Source: Raja brachyura
Taxonomy: Eukaryota
DNA length: 64,000 nt
Assembly (NCBI GenBank): GCA_963514005.1
Contig: OY740782.1
Location: 107,260,001 to 107,324,000, forward strand
Direction of reading: 5' to 3'
The translations under genes were made by a program, and so were the position numbers. Below, one piece after another: positions 60,555 to 64,000 of the stretch. The notes under the pieces are model-generated. The model worked only from the letters and a program-made list of their open reading frames with translations, was not told the origin of the DNA and searched no databases. Numbering within the stretch: the stretch's first letter is position 1; each line of letters opens with the position of its first letter.

Positions 60555-61162
60555 CATAGCCGTTCGGCCGCGGTAAACCTGCGGCCTGTGGTGTTGTGTC
60601 GGAGCTCCTGCTCTGCCTCCGCTGCCCGCGAATGGCGGTCTCCGGGCCCGGATCCTGTCCACGGGCTAGTCCAATTTCCGGGTATGTAAACCGTCAGCCC
60701 ACAGAAACCTTGCGGGCTGCGGTGCAGATTTGTGCTGCCGCTCTGCCGTCGCTGCGCGAACGGTGAGTGTGAGCCCGGACCCCACCGGGTCAACAAGCTG
60801 CCCCATTGTAAAAAATAAAGTCGGGCTTTTAACAGCATGAATAAATTCCCGCAACTCCATTCCCTCTTAAATACAGCACTGGGATATTGCAGGCTGTGTA
60901 GACTTGAGTTGGGGCTAGCCCCTACTCCTATGTTAAAGCCGACAGCCTGCAGTATCCTGTGGGCTGCGGTGTAAGTCGGGCTGCTGCTCTGCCGTCGCTA
61001 TCCACGAACGGCGAGCCTGCGAGCCCCCACTTCTATATTAATGCCGTCAGCCCGCAGTATCCTTGCGGGCTGCGGTGTAAGTCGGGCTGCTGCTCTGCCG
61101 TCGCTCACTGCACACGGCGAGCCTGCAAGCCCCACTCACTTATTAATGCCGCCAGCCCGCGG
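60555..61162. repeat. GC-rich tandem repeat of about 105 bp, two hairpins per unit
   Basis: Two close copies at about 60938-61042 and 61043-61147, the start of a third, and diverged copies at about 60690-60780 and 60558-60650. Confidence 0.85.
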
Positions 61163-61750
61163 TGAGTGTAGGGAATTACGGTCATGTGGTGACACTGCGA
61201 TATAAAGTTTTGTGTCATCGGCATAAGTATGGTAGGATATGTTAAAATACTCTATGGTCTGAGCTAGGGGGAGCATGTAAATATTGAACAAAATGGGTCC
61301 AAGAATGGAGCCCTGGGGAACCCCACATGTGAGTTTTGTATGTTCTGATTCATAATTACCAAGGGAGACAAAATAATCCCGATCTTTCAAGTAGGATTTG
61401 AACCAGTCCAGCACAGAACTAGAGAGTCCTACCCACTTCACCAGTCTGTCAAGCAGTATGTTATGGTCCACCGTATCAAAAGCAGCACTGAGATCTAGAA
61501 GTACCAAAACTGAAGCTTTTGATGCATCACTGTTTAGATGTATGTCGTTTAGGACCTTAGTAAGTGCAGTCTCAGTGCTGTGATGTAGCCGAAATCCCGA
61601 CTGAAAAACATTAAAAATATTGTTTTGGATCATAAAGCTGTAAATTTGTTGATAAACTACCCTTTCAATGATCTTTGCCAGAAATGCTAAATTAGATATG
61701 CTCGTAGCTGAGGCATCCAGATTAGGCTTCTTCAATAAGGGCTTGGTTCT
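61163..61750 (-). mobile_element. L2-clade LINE RT core (5' part of the element ending at 55437)
   Basis: ORF 61136..61735: FQSGFRLHHSTETALTKV, LLDLSAAFDTVDH, GVPQGSILGPILF, YADDTKLY. Confidence 0.93.
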
Positions 61751-62974
61751 TCAACACCCTTGACCACTGCTATACGATCCTCAAGGATGCCTATCGCTCT
61801 ATCCCTCGGCCTCACTTCTGGAAATGCAACCATTCAACAGTGCTGCTTCTTCCTCTATACAGGCAGCAACTGAAGAGCGCACCCCCAGAGGTGAGGACAG
61901 CACAGAGCTGGTCTGGGGAGGCAGAGGAACAACTACGGGACTGTTAGGGGTCAGTAGACTGGGCAATGTTCAAGGACTCTGCAACAGATCTGAATGAATT
62001 TGCCACAGTCATTACAGACTTCATAAGGAAATGTGTGAAGGACTGCATCCCAACAAAAACCTTCCGAGTGTTTCCTAACCAGAAGCCTTGGATGAACCAG
62101 AAGATCCACATTCTTCTGAAGATCAGATCCCAGGCATTCAGGTCTGGTGATGCAGAGATCTATAAGAAGTCCAGATATGACCAAAAGGGACTTCCGCTCA
62201 AAGCTGGAGGATGAGGCGGATGTTCGGCAACTGTGGCAGGGCTTGAATGCCAATGCCTCATACAAGGCGAAATCAGGAGGCAGCTCAAGCGACAGTGAAA
62301 CATCACTCCCTGACGAGCTCAATGCGTTCTATGCACGCTTTGATAGGAAGAACACTCATGTGTCTTCCCGAGCCCGCATACGCCCTGATGGTATTACAGT
62401 CAGAGTCACAGAGGCCGACGTCAGAAGATCCTTCATGGGGGGAAAACCCTTGGGAAGTGCCTGGACCTGATGGTATACCCGGTCGAGTTGTCAAAACCTG
62501 TGCAGACCAACTGGCTGAAGTTTTTACGGATGTTTTCAATATCTCATTATTGAGGTCTGAGGTTCCCACCTGCTTTAAGAGGGCATCAATAGTAATGGTG
62601 CACAAGAAGAGTAAGGTGACGTGCCTCAACGACTATTGACCAGGGCACTAACATCTGTTTTGATGAAGTGCTTTGAGTGGTTGATTATGATGCATATCAA
62701 CTCCTACCTCAACAAGAAACTCAAACCATTACAGTTTGCCTACAGTCACAACAGGTCAATGGAGGATGCAATCTCACTGGCTCTCCACTCCGCAATGGAC
62801 CACTTGTACAATAAAAACACTTACGTCAGGCTGTTGTTTACAGACTACAGCTCAGCGTTCAATACCATCATCCTCTCCAAGCTGATTACCAAGCTCACGG
62901 AACTGGGTCTCTGTGCATCCCTCTGCAATATGATCCTCGACTACCTCATCCACAGACCAATCTGTTCAAATTAG

Positions 62975-63555
62975 ATAGAACATAGATCATAGAAATTAGG
63001 TGCAGGAGTAGGCCATTCGGCCCTTCGAGCCTGCACCGCCATTCAATATGATCATGGCTGATCGTCCAATTGGCAGAAATACTTCTTCCTCAATACGGGA
63101 GCACCTCAAGGCTACGTGCTCAGCCCCCTGCTCTACTCACTCTATACTTATGATTGTGTAGCCGGACACAGTGCGAACTCCATCTTCAAGTTCGCCGACA
63201 ACACCACCTAGACAATAGGTGCAGGAGTAGGCCATTCAGCCCTTCGAGCCAGCACTGCCATTCAATGTGATCATGGCTGATCATCACCAATCAGTACCCT
63301 AATCCTGCCTTCTCCCCATTTCCCCTGACTGCGCTATCTTTAAGAGCCCTATCAAGCTCTCTCTTGTAAGTATCCAGAGAACCGGCCTCCACCGCCTCCT
63401 GAGGCAGAGAATTCCACAGACTCACAACTCTCCGTGTGAAAAAGTGTTTCCTTATCTCTGTTCTAAATGGCTTACCCCTCATTCTTAAACTGTGGCCCCT
63501 GGTCTGGACTCCCCCAACATCGGGAACATGATTCCTGCCTCTAGCGTGTCCAAAC
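62975..63555 (-). mobile_element. Two CR1 3'-end insertions in the Rex1-like element (about 62975-63065 and 63210-63555)
   Basis: aggtgcaggagtaggccattcggcccttcgagc occurs twice. ORF 63291..63674 contains TRGHSLRMRGKPFRTEIRKHFFTRRVVSLWNSLP. Confidence 0.88.
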
Positions 63556-63685
63556 GATAGAAGTGAGATCGACCGATTGACCAAATGGTGCCAGCATAAC
63601 AACCTGGCTCTCAATATCAGTAAAACCAATGAACTAATTGTGGACTTTAGAAGAGGAAAGATGAGGACCCACAATCCTGTTTATT

Positions 63686-64000
63686 TCTTTTTTTTTTGTT
63701 TTTTTTAATATAAATATTTATTAGAGGCATATGCATATCATAGTCCAAACCACTACAAACTTTGTTTAACGATTAAATATTAAGTATCCAGGATTCCAGG
63801 GACCCCGCTACCAAAGTAGCTGGGATCCTCATTTATCGGTTACATATTAACATTGCCTCTAATTATTTATTTATATTTATAGATAGAAAAAAATAAAGAG
63901 AGGAAAAAAAATGAAATTAGAAAAATAGAATAAACTATCAATAATACAACTTAGGAGATAGGTCCGTAGGTCAGAGAACACAACTATTCATCTAGTCCTG
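63686..64000 (-). mobile_element. Poly(A)-tailed retroelement 3' end (probably L1/Tx1-like), running off the window
   Basis: T-tract at about 63683-63706 with TTTATT about 11 nt further on (AATAAA plus poly(A) on the minus strand). It truncates the Rex1-like RT. No coding part is visible. Confidence 0.5.

Larger units (their letters stand above)
56281..61162 (-). mobile_element. Second DIRS1-type element (decayed, RT partly deleted, left end missing)
   Basis: Terminal extension and ICR at 56282-56361 / 56508-56587. YR remnants VQTISRWLK...CHSTKAASTS, SARSA. Gag LFGEDL..QVKDLD shared with the first DIRS. Long CpG-rich leader. Confidence 0.88.
54628..63685 (+). mobile_element. Rex1/Babar-like LINE (segments 54628-55436 and 61750-63685) hosting L2, DIRS and CR1 insertions
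   Basis: 5' caagatgg; RKRGRRAG, FTET, GGGVC, AVYIPPQA, AGDLN...CNTRG | NTLDHCY is continuous across the insertion. Later [39 protein letters not shown]. Confidence 0.9.

Noticed and set aside
59592-60860. Long GC-rich ORFs on both strands as novel genes
   Set aside because: Stop codons are scarce at high GC, there are no recognisable motifs, and the region lies in the DIRS leader.
60938-61162. CRISPR-like array (palindromic repeats)
   Set aside because: Whole units repeat with no unique spacers, there are no cas genes, and the context is a vertebrate intron.
51449-64000. Further upstream SEMA5A exons (earlier TSP1 repeats, PSI or Sema domain)
   Set aside because: I found no WxxW/Cys-patterned, splice-bounded frame on the minus strand. 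The intron appears to continue past the window.

Overview
Vertebrate genomic DNA, not prokaryotic. The repeat content (CR1/HER1-type LINEs, HE1/V-SINEs, abundant Penelope terminal repeats) suggests a cartilaginous fish, probably a skate or ray; this is an inference. The only host gene is the 3' half of SEMA5A on the minus strand. Eight GT-AG exons splice in phase: 51448-51301, 35083-34858, 28950-28732, 25067-24897, 24080-23925, 12061-12017, 11935-11724 and 10751-10632. They encode TSP1 repeats, the transmembrane helix and the cytoplasmic tail ending DLNMYDDY*. Upstream exons lie beyond the window. Much of the rest is transposon-derived: CR1, L2, Rex1/Babar-like, RTE and L1-like LINEs, Penelope-like elements, two DIRS tyrosine-recombinase retrotransposons, a Tc1 transposon and Harbinger-like MITEs, several of them nested. 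Most interesting: (1) a family of about 160-210 bp fold-back insertions derived from Penelope terminal repeats, with 12-16 bp target-site duplications, a fixed microhomology-primed inverted arm and minimal hammerhead-ribozyme cores; (2) two divergent DIRS elements with near-identical terminal/ICR sequences and ATTTT crossover sites, converging on one SEMA5A exon; (3) a tandem double-hairpin array in the leader of the second DIRS; (4) a Tc1 carrying a duplicated end and about 1.3 kb of captured genomic DNA; (5) possible alternative SEMA5A splice products. Exon and TSD coordinates were counted by hand. Other repeat boundaries are approximate.
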